In this document: positions 1-9,589 of the stretch, piece after piece
How positions within the stretch are numbered: position 1 is the first letter of the stretch
Layout of the letters: each line of letters begins with the position of its first letter
NCBI GenBank assembly: GCA_963772365.1
Contig: CAVYXA010000001.1
Span: forward strand, 288,001 to 352,000
DNA: 64,000 nucleotides
Direction of reading: 5' to 3'
From: an uncultured Verrucomicrobiae bacterium
GTDB taxonomy: Bacteria; Verrucomicrobiota; Verrucomicrobiia; Chthoniobacterales; UBA10450
Program-made: the position numbers and the translations under genes
Notes under the pieces: model-generated
What the model was told of the DNA's origin: nothing
Seen by the model: the letters and a program-made list of their open reading frames with translations, nothing else
Database searches by the model: none

Positions 1-872
1 GTCGATCCCTGCCGGTTGAAATCGATCTTGTGCGATCATGTTGTTGAACGCCCAGATGCTGTGACATTGGCCACAATCCAAGCCCGGCGTGGGGACCGGA
101 CAGGCGCGAAGGATTCGTGATCGACGAGTCAGATTTGGTGATCAGATGTGTTTTGAATCGCCGAAAGGGATCGTGATTCCGCGCGATATGGTCGCGTCCT
201 TCGCTGTGGCACGCTTCGCACGCGATTCCGAATTCGGCCACGTGCGTATCCCATTTATTACCGGAAACAAAACGGGATTGGCCCTCCGTTACATGACAAT
301 CCATGCAGGCGCCATTCCACGCGCCTATCGAGTAATATTCTTTCGTGTCCGGCGGCATGAGAAAGGTTTGCGTAACCGGCGCCCACATTTTTTCGGAGAT
401 AATGTAGGCGAATGGGAGTTGGTCGAGGGTGCGGCCCTGGCCGGTCTCGAGCCAGAGAATCTGCAAATTGTGCGAACCGGTGAGAAGAACTACCTGGCGA
501 GGCGGGCCGTATTCGCCGCCTGCAGGCCGGATCCGAACAACGATTTTATCGGCGTCGCGTTCCAATTTGTATTCACGACCGTTGAACGAAAGCTCCACGG
601 GCCGATCGACATCGAGAATGTTCTCGGGCCTGGCGACCTGAGTCATGGTGCGGTGAAAAGAGGCGTGCCAGCTTTTGTAATTACCAAGGTGGCAAGATCG
701 ACACGCGTTTGAAGTCGTGTAATTGGCGACAGACGATTGAATTGGCCGATTCTCCGGCGGCTGCGTCTTACTCGACGAAACGCCGAAGTGATAAGAGGGT
801 CAATAAGAAGGCCAGGCCAATCACGACGATTGCAAACAGCCCATGCCAAAAAAATCGTCTAAAATGCGGCAC
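1..872 (-). CDS. Membrane-anchored multiheme c-type cytochrome (runs off left edge; two apparent 1-nt frameshifts)
   Basis: Not in the ORF track. Manual minus-strand translation gives an N-terminal TM segment (GLFAIVVIGLAFLLTLL), then CRSCH, CMDCH and CEACH in one frame, and CGQCH after a frame change near 85. A second frame change lies near 779. Putative GTG start at 872. Confidence 0.8.
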
Positions 873-996
873 GATCGGATTCCCCTTCAGCGCCGACGAT
901 AGGAAAATACGAAGTGCGAGCAAAGCGCAATCCGCGGAGCAATTCGACGCCGAGTTGCAAACCGCGATTACAAACTTACAATCTAGCCTCTTACTC

Positions 997-1069
997 GGGG
1001 TCGTAGCTCAGTTGGTAGAGCACCACAATGGCATTGTGGGGGTCAGGGGTTCGAATCCCCTCGGCTCCA
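997..1069 (+). tRNA. tRNA-Ala (anticodon GGC)
   Basis: Cloverleaf GGGGTCG-TA-GCTC-AGTTGGTA-GAGC-A-CCACA-ATGGCAT-TGTGG-GGGTC-AGGGG-TTCGAAT-CCCCT-CGGCTCC-A. G3:U70 Ala identity pair is present; CCA is not encoded. Confidence 0.97.
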
Positions 1070-1233
1070 GTCTTCGCTCGCGTCGTAGAGGTGAGCGAAG
1101 ACTGTCGCGCCGTAGTTTCAACGAAGGCGGACCTATTGACCTGCTAAACGATTCGCGCGAGCTACGACTCAGCAAGCTAGTGATTGAAAAGCTCGCGTCG
1201 TAGAGGTGAGCGAAGACTGTCGCGCCGTAGTTT
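1068..1233. repeat. REP-like element: 43-bp direct repeat plus hairpin immediately after the tRNA
   Basis: GCTCGCGTCGTAGAGGTGAGCGAAGACTGTCGCGCCGTAGTTT at 1076-1118 and 1191-1233; 12-bp stem CAGTCTTCGCTC/GAGCGAAGACTG at 1068-1104. Confidence 0.85.
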
Positions 1234-1250
1234 TAACAACGTCGTGTGAT

Positions 1251-2060
1251 TTACGGTTTCCGGCTCGGCGCGGGAAACGGCGTGCGGAAAGATACCGGGG
1301 TTGGCGTCGGGGCCATTTTTTGTTTCAGTGCCTTCAAACGCGTTTGAGCATCTGCGTCTCCGGGCTTGAGCTTTAGGATCATCTGGAGATCATCGAGCGC
1401 TTTTTGGTTGTCGTTTAACTGGTTGTAAGCATAAGCCCGGCGCCGGTACGCTTCGGGATCTTTCGGATTTTGCTCGATCACTTTCGTAAAGTCGGCAACC
1501 GCTTCCTTGTATTTCCCAAGACTACGGTAGGCGAAGCCGCGTCGCTCGTGTGCCCGTTCGTCGTTTGGTTCCTGGTCGAGGAGCTTGCCGTAATCCTCGA
1601 CAGCCTTGTTCCAGTTCTTCTTTTGCAGATCGACATAGGCGCGAAGCCGCAGCGCAGATTTATCTTTTGGCTCGATGCTCAGCGCTTTGTCCAGATCGGC
1701 CATTGCCTCATTGATCTTCTTTTGGCTCAACTCTAAGTCGGCGCGGCCGGTATATGCTTCCGCCGATTTCGGTTCCAAGTCGATGACCTTGGAATAATCG
1801 GAGCGGGCCTCGTCCAATTTCTGGACAATTTTGTAAACTAACGCGCGATTGAGATAATTTTTTGGATCGTTTGGCTGCTCCTCAATGGCCTTCGTAAATT
1901 CGTCGATCGCTTCGTCGTACTGCTTGTCGCGGGCATAATGAACTCCACGATTCGTATGCCCGCCGGGATCTTCCGATTTTGCCTGGGCCGGCGGCGACGC
2001 CAGGAAAGGAATCAGCACAAACAAAGAAACCGCGTAAGCTGTGAACTTGTTTGTCTTCAT
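1251..2060 (-). CDS. Exported tetratricopeptide-repeat protein
   Basis: Signal peptide (MKTNKF...AQA) followed by about 6 TPR units (A..NRG...A..D.TKAI...P) and a Pro-rich tail. Confidence 0.88.
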   Translation of the reverse strand: MKTNKFTAYAVSLFVLIPFLASPPAQAKSEDPGGHTNRGVHYARDKQYDEAIDEFTKAIEEQPNDPKNYLNRALVYKIVQKLDEARSDYSKVIDLEPKSAEAYTGRADLELSQKKINEAMADLDKALSIEPKDKSALRLRAYVDLQKKNWNKAVEDYGKLLDQEPNDERAHERRGFAYRSLGKYKEAVADFTKVIEQNPKDPEAYRRRAYAYNQLNDNQKALDDLQMILKLKPGDADAQTRLKALKQKMAPTPTPVSFRTPFPAPSRKP

Positions 2061-2488
2061 ACGTGGAACAATAGCAAAATTGCTCTCTTGCAATAGTTTC
2101 GCATGGAGGCACACATCTGCTCGGCATTTTCTTCCAAGGCAAGTAGTAATTTGAAAATCGCCCTGAGTTGTCAGGCAGCGTTGCCACTCGGCAGGGCGGA
2201 TGCTCGCGAAAAAAGCGACCCATACAGCCAAACGTTATCCCGGAATCGCGCGTAAAGCCGCCTATCTAAAAATGCGGGCCAGAATCGGAGCGCGAACAGC
2301 ACCAGCATCAGGAAAAGAAAAACACGGTCGTTATTCCAAAAAGGGCGTAGCCGAGATGTTCGAGCTTGGTTGATGGAGCATGAATGTGGTCTGGTTGGGG
2401 TCAACATAGACTTCCGATCAAATCGCACGACTGTTCCGGGTCGAAATTAGTAGGAATCAATTGCGAACAATATTTTCTCCGAAGGACG

Positions 2489-2871
2489 ATGTGTAATTGG
2501 CTTCGATACATTCTCATCACTGCAATTATTTTCGTGACAGTGGGTTGTGTCAGCACCGCCCCCCGCCGGCTCGACCTCGCAGCGGCGGGCCGTTACAGCC
2601 ATCAAATGCACGATCGTTCTACGAAGAATGGGAGCAGCCTCGCGCGGTCGGTTTGCCTGCCGGACGAGTCTCGGTGCCGGTGAAAGTAGCGATCGATCAT
2701 CAGGGTCGGGTTCTGGATTTCCGAATTGTTAAACACTCCGGTAATGCGAGGATCGACAACTCCATTGCGGCGGTGGGAGGAAAGGTCAGACAAGTCGCGC
2801 CACCTCCGAACACACCGCCCAGCAGGAAGTTTAAGCTCACAATCTTTTTCGAACTCGATGTGAAGCATTAG
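2489..2871 (+). pseudogene. TonB/TolA C-terminal domain lipoprotein (1-nt frameshift near 2617, likely sequencing error)
   Basis: Lipoprotein-like leader (VTVGC) is in one frame. FYEEWEQP...VKVAIDHQGRVLDFRIVKHSGNARID...PPP is in the next frame, and adding one T at CGTTCTAC joins them. Confidence 0.7.
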
Positions 2872-2910
2872 AAAGTTGACGCAACGCGACGGCACAATAC
2901 TTTGCGACAA

Positions 2911-2972
2911 GGCAATGGAGTTTGCCCTCTCTCGATCTAGAAGAGTAAACCGCGCAAGCTGATGACTCCTTC
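2911..2972 (+). ncRNA. Fluoride riboswitch (crcB motif)
   Basis: GGCAATGGAGTTTGCC...TAAACCGC-GCAA-GCTGATGACTCCT matches the crcB consensus and sits directly upstream of crcB. Confidence 0.93.
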
Positions 2973-2992
2973 CCAGCGGAAGGAGATTTTTT
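2966..2992 (+). terminator. Riboswitch expression platform: terminator / SD-sequestering hairpin
   Basis: CTCCTTCC-CAGC-GGAAGGAG followed by ATTTTTT. It overlaps the aptamer 3' end and contains the AGGAG Shine-Dalgarno of crcB. Confidence 0.8.
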
Positions 2993-3382
2993 ATGCTCAA
3001 TTACATCTGGATTATGGCGGGCGGCGCAATCGGGACGGCGGCACGGTTCTGGGCTTCCGGATTTGTAGCTCAACGGATCGGCGAGTTTTTCCCATTCGGC
3101 ACTCTCGTCGTGAATGTGACTGGATGCTTTCTTGTCGGTTTCTTTGCCGCAATCACCGATCCTTTAGGGCCATTTCTGGTAACACCGCGGTTTCGGCAAT
3201 TCTTTTTAATCGGCGTCTGCGGCGGTTACACGACATTTTCGTCATTCAGCTTGCAGACTATCGATCTTTTTCAGGATGGCGACTGGCTCAAAGCCGCCTT
3301 AAATACATTGCTTTCATTCGCGTGCTGTCTGATTGCCGTCTGGCTGGGCCGCACCATTGCCCTCGCGCTCGTATCAAGATAG
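2993..3382 (+). CDS. crcB: Fluoride efflux channel Fluc/CrcB
   Basis: GGAIGT..R, FPFGTLVVN and GVCGGYTTFSSF motifs; 4 TM segments. Confidence 0.97.
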   Translation: MLNYIWIMAGGAIGTAARFWASGFVAQRIGEFFPFGTLVVNVTGCFLVGFFAAITDPLGPFLVTPRFRQFFLIGVCGGYTTFSSFSLQTIDLFQDGDWLKAALNTLLSFACCLIAVWLGRTIALALVSR

Positions 3383-3391
3383 GAGAAATCA

Positions 3392-3733
3392 ATGACCCTT
3401 CCCAAAGACGCCGTGCTGCTGAGGATTTTCATCGGCGAGAGTGATCGCTACAAACATCGTCCGTTATACGAAGCGATCGTGATGAAAGCGCGCGAGTCGC
3501 AATTGGCAGGAGCGACTGTCTTGCGCGGCCCGATGGGTTTCGGCAAATCGAGCCATCTTCACACCGCAAAAATTCTGCGGCTCTCGATGGATCTTCCGAT
3601 CGTGATTGAAATCGTGGACGGCGAGGAAAAGGTGAATGCGTTCCTTCCTGTTCTGGATGAAATGATGGGCGGCGGTCTGGTCACGATCGAGAAGGCAAAA
3701 GTGATCCGATACCAGCACCAGGAGACAAGTTAA
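3392..3733 (+). CDS. DUF190 (PII-like) protein
   Basis: LRIFIGESD...GATVLRG..GFG...LS.DLPIVIEIVD; usual crcB neighbour. Confidence 0.93.
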   Translation: MTLPKDAVLLRIFIGESDRYKHRPLYEAIVMKARESQLAGATVLRGPMGFGKSSHLHTAKILRLSMDLPIVIEIVDGEEKVNAFLPVLDEMMGGGLVTIEKAKVIRYQHQETS

Positions 3734-3764
3734 ACGAGATGCAGCTTAGGTTCGGGCGAAAGGC

Positions 3765-6434
3765 GTGGCGGCTTCGATTATGGAAGTAGCGTTTTACTGG
3801 AATCGGCGAGTGACCGGACTTTTGCTGGCTACAATCTGCGCCGGTGCTTTCCAGGGCTCGTTCGCTGCCAAACCGCGAAGTTTGGGCGAACAATCGGATG
3901 GAACCTTTCTTGTTCCCACAAACCAAGTCGTCAGCCCGGTGGGAAAGGTTCGACAAATCCCCAACGAATGGCCCAAAGACGTCGCGCTTTCGCCCAATGG
4001 CAAAATCGTGGCGGTGTTAACCCAGAATGCCGTTTACTTGTTTTCCCGGGATGGAGAAGAAATAACGCGAGTAAAAATCGCCGCCGGCCCTCTTGGCCTG
4101 GCCTGGATGCCCGATAGCGGTACGCTGTTCGCCTCCGGCAACAATGGCGAAGTTTACCGTATAGTTACCAAGGGCAAGACGTGGAGCATCGCTAATCCAT
4201 TCTTCATTACCGAAAAACGCGAAACAGGAATAAAACCGCAATCCCGTTTGAACGCCGGCGAACATTTGACGAGACCCACGCTCACAGCGGAAATGCCACT
4301 GATCGACAGCACTGACCTGCATTCGCGTCACGAAGGCAATCCGCAAGTAACGGGATTGGCTGTTTCACGAGACGGTAAGCGTCTTTATGCGGCGCTGGGA
4401 ATGATGAATTCGGTAGTGGTTGTAGATGCAACCGCCGAAAAGTTGATCGCGACGGTTCCAGTGGGCATTGCGCCTTATCGCATCCTGTTGAGTCCGGATG
4501 GGAAAACGCTCATTGTAGGAAACCGTGGCGGACGTCCTCCTCAGGAAAAGGAAGCTAGCGCGCACTCCGCAGGAACGGCGGTTCGGATTGATCGAATGAC
4601 GGGTGCGGCTTTGGCTGGCAGCGTTTCCTTTGTTGATACCAGAACCTTCGTCACAACGGAGATGGAGGCGGGGCGGCAACCTTCGGCCCTGGCGGTCTCA
4701 AGCGACGGTGCCTCTTTGTACGTCGCCAACGCCGACGACGACACAATTCTTTTGGTGGACACAAAAACGAAGAGTGTCCGCCAAACATTGTCATTAACCC
4801 CTGCAAAGGATCCGGGCTTTGGCCAAATGCCCACGGGGTTGACGTTGTCAGAAGATGGGAAATTTCTTTACGCCACGTGCGGCGGCGGGAATTCAGTCGC
4901 CGTCATTTCTCTTTCGAACTTCTCAATCAATGGCTATCTGCCCACCGGTTGGTTCCCCATAGCGCTCGAGGAAGACAAGGGAGAACTATTTGTGATCAGC
5001 AGCAAAGGGATTGGGACACGATCGGTGGGTCATGGCGGCGCGGTCAGCGTCGATCATGGAGTGGGTATCATTCAATTTATCGATCCATCGGATCGGACAG
5101 ATTTAGCCAGACTGACTGCACAAGTCTCGTCAAATAACCGTTGGGGCATGGCAGAATTACCGGCCCGATCGGGAGAGAAACCGGTGCCTGTGCCGGAACG
5201 CGTGGGTGAACCATCTGTATTCAGTCACGTCGTTTACATCATAAAGGAAAATCACACCTACGATCTCGATTTCGGGGATATGCCGGAGGGCAATGGCGAC
5301 AAACAGCTTTGCCTTTTTGGAGAAAACGTGACCCCTAACGAGCACGCGCTCGCCCGACAGTTCGTTTTGCTGGATAATACGTATGCCAGTGGCACGAACT
5401 CTGGCGATGGACATCAATGGACCGATTCGGCCATTGCGAATGCCTATCTGGAACAGAATTTTCGAGCTTATGCCCGGAGTTATCCGGTGACCGGCAACGA
5501 TCCGTTGGCGCGCTCCCCGGCGGGATTCATTTGGAATGCCGCGCTCAGGGCCGGGCAGAGCGTTCGCGTTTATGGCGAGTTTGCAAACCGGCCTCGCATT
5601 ATCGATCCAATCACCGGACGGATGCCTAACTGGACCGAGCTCTGGAAGGATTATCAAACTGGCGGGCACAAATATCACATAACAGCAGATACTGATGACG
5701 CCGTGCTAAACGCGCATCTGAACCCGACGTACATCGGCTTTCCTCTTCTCGCCTCAGATCAATGGCGCGCCGATCAATTCCTGGCTGAGTTGAAAACCTA
5801 CGAACAGTTCAATGCACTTCCCGACCTTTCCATTCTACTTTTGCCTTGCGACCACACCGCTGGCGACAAGCCTGGAATGCCTACGCCGCGTGCCATGGTC
5901 GCCGACAATGATTTTGCCCTGGGCAGAATTGTCGAAGGTCTCTCGCACTCGCGCTTTTGGAAGGAAACGCTGATCCTTGTGATTGAAGATGACGCGCAGT
6001 TCGGGCTCGATCATGTGGATGGTCATCGCACTGTTGCGTTGTGCATTTCACCCTATACCCGCCGAGGAGCAGTTGTGAGCGAGCTTTATAATCATACTTC
6101 CTTTGTTCGGACGATCGAGCTGGTGTTGGGTTTGCCGGCGATGAATCGATTTGATCGCACCGCCACGCCGCTAAGTGCTTGTTTTGCTGGCCAGCCGGAT
6201 TGTCATCCTTACGTGCATGTTCCCAATCGAATACGGTTTGATGAAATGAATCCGGTGTTGCATACGTTACATGGCGAGCGCTTAAAACTTGGTCGGGCTT
6301 CTAACCGATTCGATTTATCGCAACCGGATCGTGCCGACGCGAAGACGATGGCCCTCGCAGCGTGGAACGAGCAGCATCCTAAGCGACGCTTCCCGTGGCA
6401 TTACTTCAAGCCGGCCAAGGACTCCGATGATTAG
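3765..6434 (+). CDS. YVTN/YncE beta-propeller fused to phosphoesterase (alkaline-phosphatase-like) domain
   Basis: Propeller repeats (SPDGKTL, LYVAN) and C-terminal HVVYIIKENHTYD, S.DGHQW and EDDAQ.G.DHVDGHR. Exact start uncertain. Confidence 0.88.
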   Translation: MAASIMEVAFYWNRRVTGLLLATICAGAFQGSFAAKPRSLGEQSDGTFLVPTNQVVSPVGKVRQIPNEWPKDVALSPNGKIVAVLTQNAVYLFSRDGEEITRVKIAAGPLGLAWMPDSGTLFASGNNGEVYRIVTKGKTWSIANPFFITEKRETGIKPQSRLNAGEHLTRPTLTAEMPLIDSTDLHSRHEGNPQVTGLAVSRDGKRLYAALGMMNSVVVVDATAEKLIATVPVGIAPYRILLSPDGKTLIVGNRGGRPPQEKEASAHSAGTAVRIDRMTGAALAGSVSFVDTRTFVTTEMEAGRQPSALAVSSDGASLYVANADDDTILLVDTKTKSVRQTLSLTPAKDPGFGQMPTGLTLSEDGKFLYATCGGGNSVAVISLSNFSINGYLPTGWFPIALEEDKGELFVISSKGIGTRSVGHGGAVSVDHGVGIIQFIDPSDRTDLARLTAQVSSNNRWGMAELPARSGEKPVPVPERVGEPSVFSHVVYIIKENHTYDLDFGDMPEGNGDKQLCLFGENVTPNEHALARQFVLLDNTYASGTNSGDGHQWTDSAIANAYLEQNFRAYARSYPVTGNDPLARSPAGFIWNAALRAGQSVRVYGEFANRPRIIDPITGRMPNWTELWKDYQTGGHKYHITADTDDAVLNAHLNPTYIGFPLLASDQWRADQFLAELKTYEQFNALPDLSILLLPCDHTAGDKPGMPTPRAMVADNDFALGRIVEGLSHSRFWKETLILVIEDDAQFGLDHVDGHRTVALCISPYTRRGAVVSELYNHTSFVRTIELVLGLPAMNRFDRTATPLSACFAGQPDCHPYVHVPNRIRFDEMNPVLHTLHGERLKLGRASNRFDLSQPDRADAKTMALAAWNEQHPKRRFPWHYFKPAKDSDD

Positions 6435-7482
6435 CGACAAGGGGATTGGCGTTCAGAAGATAGTTCGCAGCGAGGATCCACCGAACCTGGAGATGCCGTT
6501 TGAGTCACTCGACGCGTTTATTACGCCGACACGATCGTTTTACGTGCGAACACATTTCCCGGTACCGAACATGGACAAGAATCAGTGGCGTCTGCAAGTC
6601 GAAGGCGCGGTAGAGGAACCTTTTGAAATTGGTTACGACGAACTAATCGCGCTGAATGCCAAAAAAGCGCCGGCGACGCTCGAGTGCGCCGGCAACAACC
6701 GAAGTTTTCTCGAACCGAAAGTCAAAGGTGTGCAATGGGGGCTGGGAGCCGTCGGCACAGCGGAGTGGACCGGCGTTCCATTGTCGATCCTGCTCGACAG
6801 AGCGCAGCTAAAACCGAACGTCTGCGAAATTATTCTGGAAGGAGCCGATAGCGGCGAAGTCGACGAGGCAAAGGCACCACGCGGAATCATTCGGTTTGCG
6901 CGCAGCATCCCACTGGAAAAAGCACGGGAGGATGTCCTGCTCGCTTATAAGATGAATGATGTCGATCTTCCCCCCGAGCATGGATTTCCGGTGCGCGCCA
7001 TTGTTCCCGGCTGGTACGCAATGGCGTCGGTAAAATGGCTAACCCGCATCGTCGCAGTTGATCGACCCTTCGGCGGTTATTATCAGACTCTCGATTATGC
7101 GTTTTGGAAAAAGGGCGAGCTGACGCCGATTTCTGAAACTCAGGTGAAAGCCCAGATCGCCCGCCCGATTCAAGGCGAAATTGTGCAGGCAAATTCGTGC
7201 GTTCGCGTTCACGGCGCCGCTTGGAGCAGTAAAGAAATCTCCAAGGTCGAAGTCAGCACCGATGGAGGATCGACATGGAACGAGGCTGCGTTGGCTAAAC
7301 GTTCCGATCCCGGCGCATGGCGGCTTTGGGAACTCGATTGGAAAACACCCGGACCCGGAAAAGCGACTCTAATTGCACGCGCGACAGATTCGAAAGGTCA
7401 AACTCAGCAACTGGAGCGGGACCCGGATCGCGGCACTTACATGATTAACCACTTGCAACCAATCGACGTGGAAGTGCGCTGA
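6427..7482 (+). CDS. Sulfite oxidase family molybdoenzyme
   Basis: FYVRTHF, TLECAGN.R, HGFPVR..VPGWY...SVKWL and a C-terminal Ig-like dimerisation domain. ATG overlaps the upstream stop. Confidence 0.9.
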   Translation: MISDKGIGVQKIVRSEDPPNLEMPFESLDAFITPTRSFYVRTHFPVPNMDKNQWRLQVEGAVEEPFEIGYDELIALNAKKAPATLECAGNNRSFLEPKVKGVQWGLGAVGTAEWTGVPLSILLDRAQLKPNVCEIILEGADSGEVDEAKAPRGIIRFARSIPLEKAREDVLLAYKMNDVDLPPEHGFPVRAIVPGWYAMASVKWLTRIVAVDRPFGGYYQTLDYAFWKKGELTPISETQVKAQIARPIQGEIVQANSCVRVHGAAWSSKEISKVEVSTDGGSTWNEAALAKRSDPGAWRLWELDWKTPGPGKATLIARATDSKGQTQQLERDPDRGTYMINHLQPIDVEVR

Positions 7483-7695
7483 TGTTCCGGGGAAGCGTTT
7501 ACATTCTGCAGACACTTTCAAGCCGAAAGTAATTACTCAACATACACAAATAAGTCTTGTATTTTTCTCCGCTATGTATGTAGTGGGTGCGTTTTTCCGC
7601 CACCTCCATGCTCCCACACCTCCGCTTACTGTGCCTGATTAAGTGACCAGTCCCGTTCCGCCGCTGCGCGGCCACCGGCCTGTCATTTTTCGTCG

Positions 7696-8022
7696 ATGAA
7701 GCAATTGCTCTCATTGTTGCTGTTTGTACTTTCGCTGTCCGGCGGAACGGCTTGCGCATCATGGACGATCGCCTGGGACGCTAATGACCCCAGCGAAAAT
7801 GTAGTGAGCTACTACATTTACGAGCATGTGAATGGAAGTTACGAGCTCGCGGGTGCAATCCCAGCGAACCCGACCCCGACCTACGTGATCAACTGGTTAA
7901 TGGAAGGAACCCACTACTTCGTGGTGACCGCAGTAAGCGCTTATGGCGAAAGCAGCTACAGCAACGAAATCAAAATCGAAGCGAGCAACCCCAAACCCGC
8001 GCCGCTGCCACCGGAAACGTAG
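7696..8022 (+). CDS. Small exported fibronectin type III domain protein
   Basis: Signal peptide; AWD.N....V.SY.IY...YFVVTAVSAYGESSYSNE is an FN3 pattern. Confidence 0.8.
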   Translation: MKQLLSLLLFVLSLSGGTACASWTIAWDANDPSENVVSYYIYEHVNGSYELAGAIPANPTPTYVINWLMEGTHYFVVTAVSAYGESSYSNEIKIEASNPKPAPLPPET

Positions 8023-8102
8023 TGAATTCGATCCTGCCCGCCATCGCACGAACTTGCTGTGGCGAGTTGAACTTGGCAGGCGTCTCGTCTTAACTGAGTC
8101 CG

Positions 8103-9507
8103 ATGTCGCTGGTTTTTAAAACGATTCAAACGGAGGGAATCGCGGAACTTTCCTACCTTGTCGGCGACGATGATGAAGGCATCGCGGCCATTTTCGATCC
8201 GCGAGCAGATGTTGATATTTACATCGATATGGCTCGCGAAGCAGGCGTCGCGATTACTCATATTTTTGAGACGCACATTCACGCCGATCTGGTCAGCGGC
8301 TCGCGTGAACTTTGCGCGCGGGTGGAATCGGCAAAAATTTATAACAGCAGCGAAGGCGGTGCCGAGTACGGTTTCGACCGCGAGAAGGTGGAGGACGGCG
8401 ACCAATTCGAATTCGGCGAAGTCCTAGTGACCGCGCGCCACACGCCGGGACATACGCCGGAGCACATGTCGTATTTGCTGGCTGAAGTCGATCACTCCGA
8501 CGAGCCGTGGGGGATTCTCACCGGCGACTCGCTTTTTGTTTCATCTGCCGGGCGGCCCGATTTGCTAGGCGAAAAGCACACAAAACAACTGGCCGAACAG
8601 CAGTTTCACACGTTGCGCGATTTTTATCTGAAAATGCCCGATCATGTGATGATCTATCCCAATCACGGCGCGGGTTCTCCGTGCGGCGCGGACATCGGCG
8701 CGCGGATGAGCAGTACCGATTGGTTATGAGCGAAAGTTTAATAAGTTTCTCCAGTTCGATGAAGTGAAAACGTTCACTGATTATGCGCTGAGCACCGCGC
8801 CGCCGGTGCCGCATTACTATCCTGTGATGAAGCGGATCAACGCGGACGGACCGAAGATCATCGGCAATCTTCCGCATGTGCCAGGGCTTCCGCCCAAAGC
8901 ATTCAAGGAAGCGATCGAGAAAAAGAAAGGTGTGCTGGTCGATGCTCGAATGATGCTCGCATTCGGCGGCGGTCATATCGGGGGAGCACTCAACATTGGC
9001 GGTTCGCCGATCTTGTCGATTTGGGCTGGATGGATGCTCGATCCGGATAGACCCGTTCTGCTTGTGCTGGAAAGTGATGATGATCTTGAAAAGATAGTGC
9101 GGCTGTTTGTCCGAACCGGTTACACAAAATTTGCCGGTTATCTCGTGGGTGGAATGAAAGCGTGGGACGCGGAAGGATTTCCTATCGAGCGAATCGGACA
9201 AATGAGCGTGCGCGAATTAAATCAGCGCAAGTCGTCAATGCAGATTGTCGATGTTCGCACACCGCGAGAATGGAAAAACGGACACGTTCCAGGCGCGCGT
9301 CACATTTTTGTTCCTGAATTGGAAAAGCGAATCAATGAACTCGATCGAAGCAAACCGACAGCGGTTTATTGCGGCAGCGGGTACCGTTCCAGCATCGCCA
9401 GCAGCATTTTGAAATCGGCTGGCTTCAACGATCTTTGGAATATTCCCGGAAGCTGGGAAGCGTGGAAAAAGGCAAAGCTGCCGGTCGAGGGGGCAGACGG
9501 CAAATGA
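8103..9507 (+). pseudogene. MBL-fold persulfide dioxygenase-like hydrolase with rhodanese domains (1-nt frameshift near 8716)
   Basis: ETHIHADL.SG, HTPGHTPEH, GRPDL and PNHGAGSPCG are present. The conserved STIGYE is split across frames (ACCGATTGGTTATGAG). C-terminal rhodanese CGSGYRS. Confidence 0.85.
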
Positions 9508-9589
9508 AGGCAATGCCTGTCGCACTGCGCAGAATCCGTCACATCGCTTTTCGAGAATTCTCCATATGTGGCCACGTGGATTGTAGCCA

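Noticed and set aside
89..712. 207-aa + strand ORF
   Set aside because: It is the antisense shadow of the multiheme cytochrome gene.
709..1203. 164-aa ORF
   Set aside because: It runs through the tRNA and the repeat and is not protein-like.
1076..1233. CRISPR array
   Set aside because: There are only two repeat units, the gap is 72 bp and no cas genes are present. No array was seen anywhere in the window.
7499..7610. Small minus-strand ORF in an AT-rich gap
   Set aside because: It has no recognisable motif and is more likely promoter DNA for the FN3 gene.
8700..8770. Programmed frameshift or stop readthrough in the MBL-rhodanese gene
   Set aside because: There is no slippery heptamer, and one extra C explains the break.
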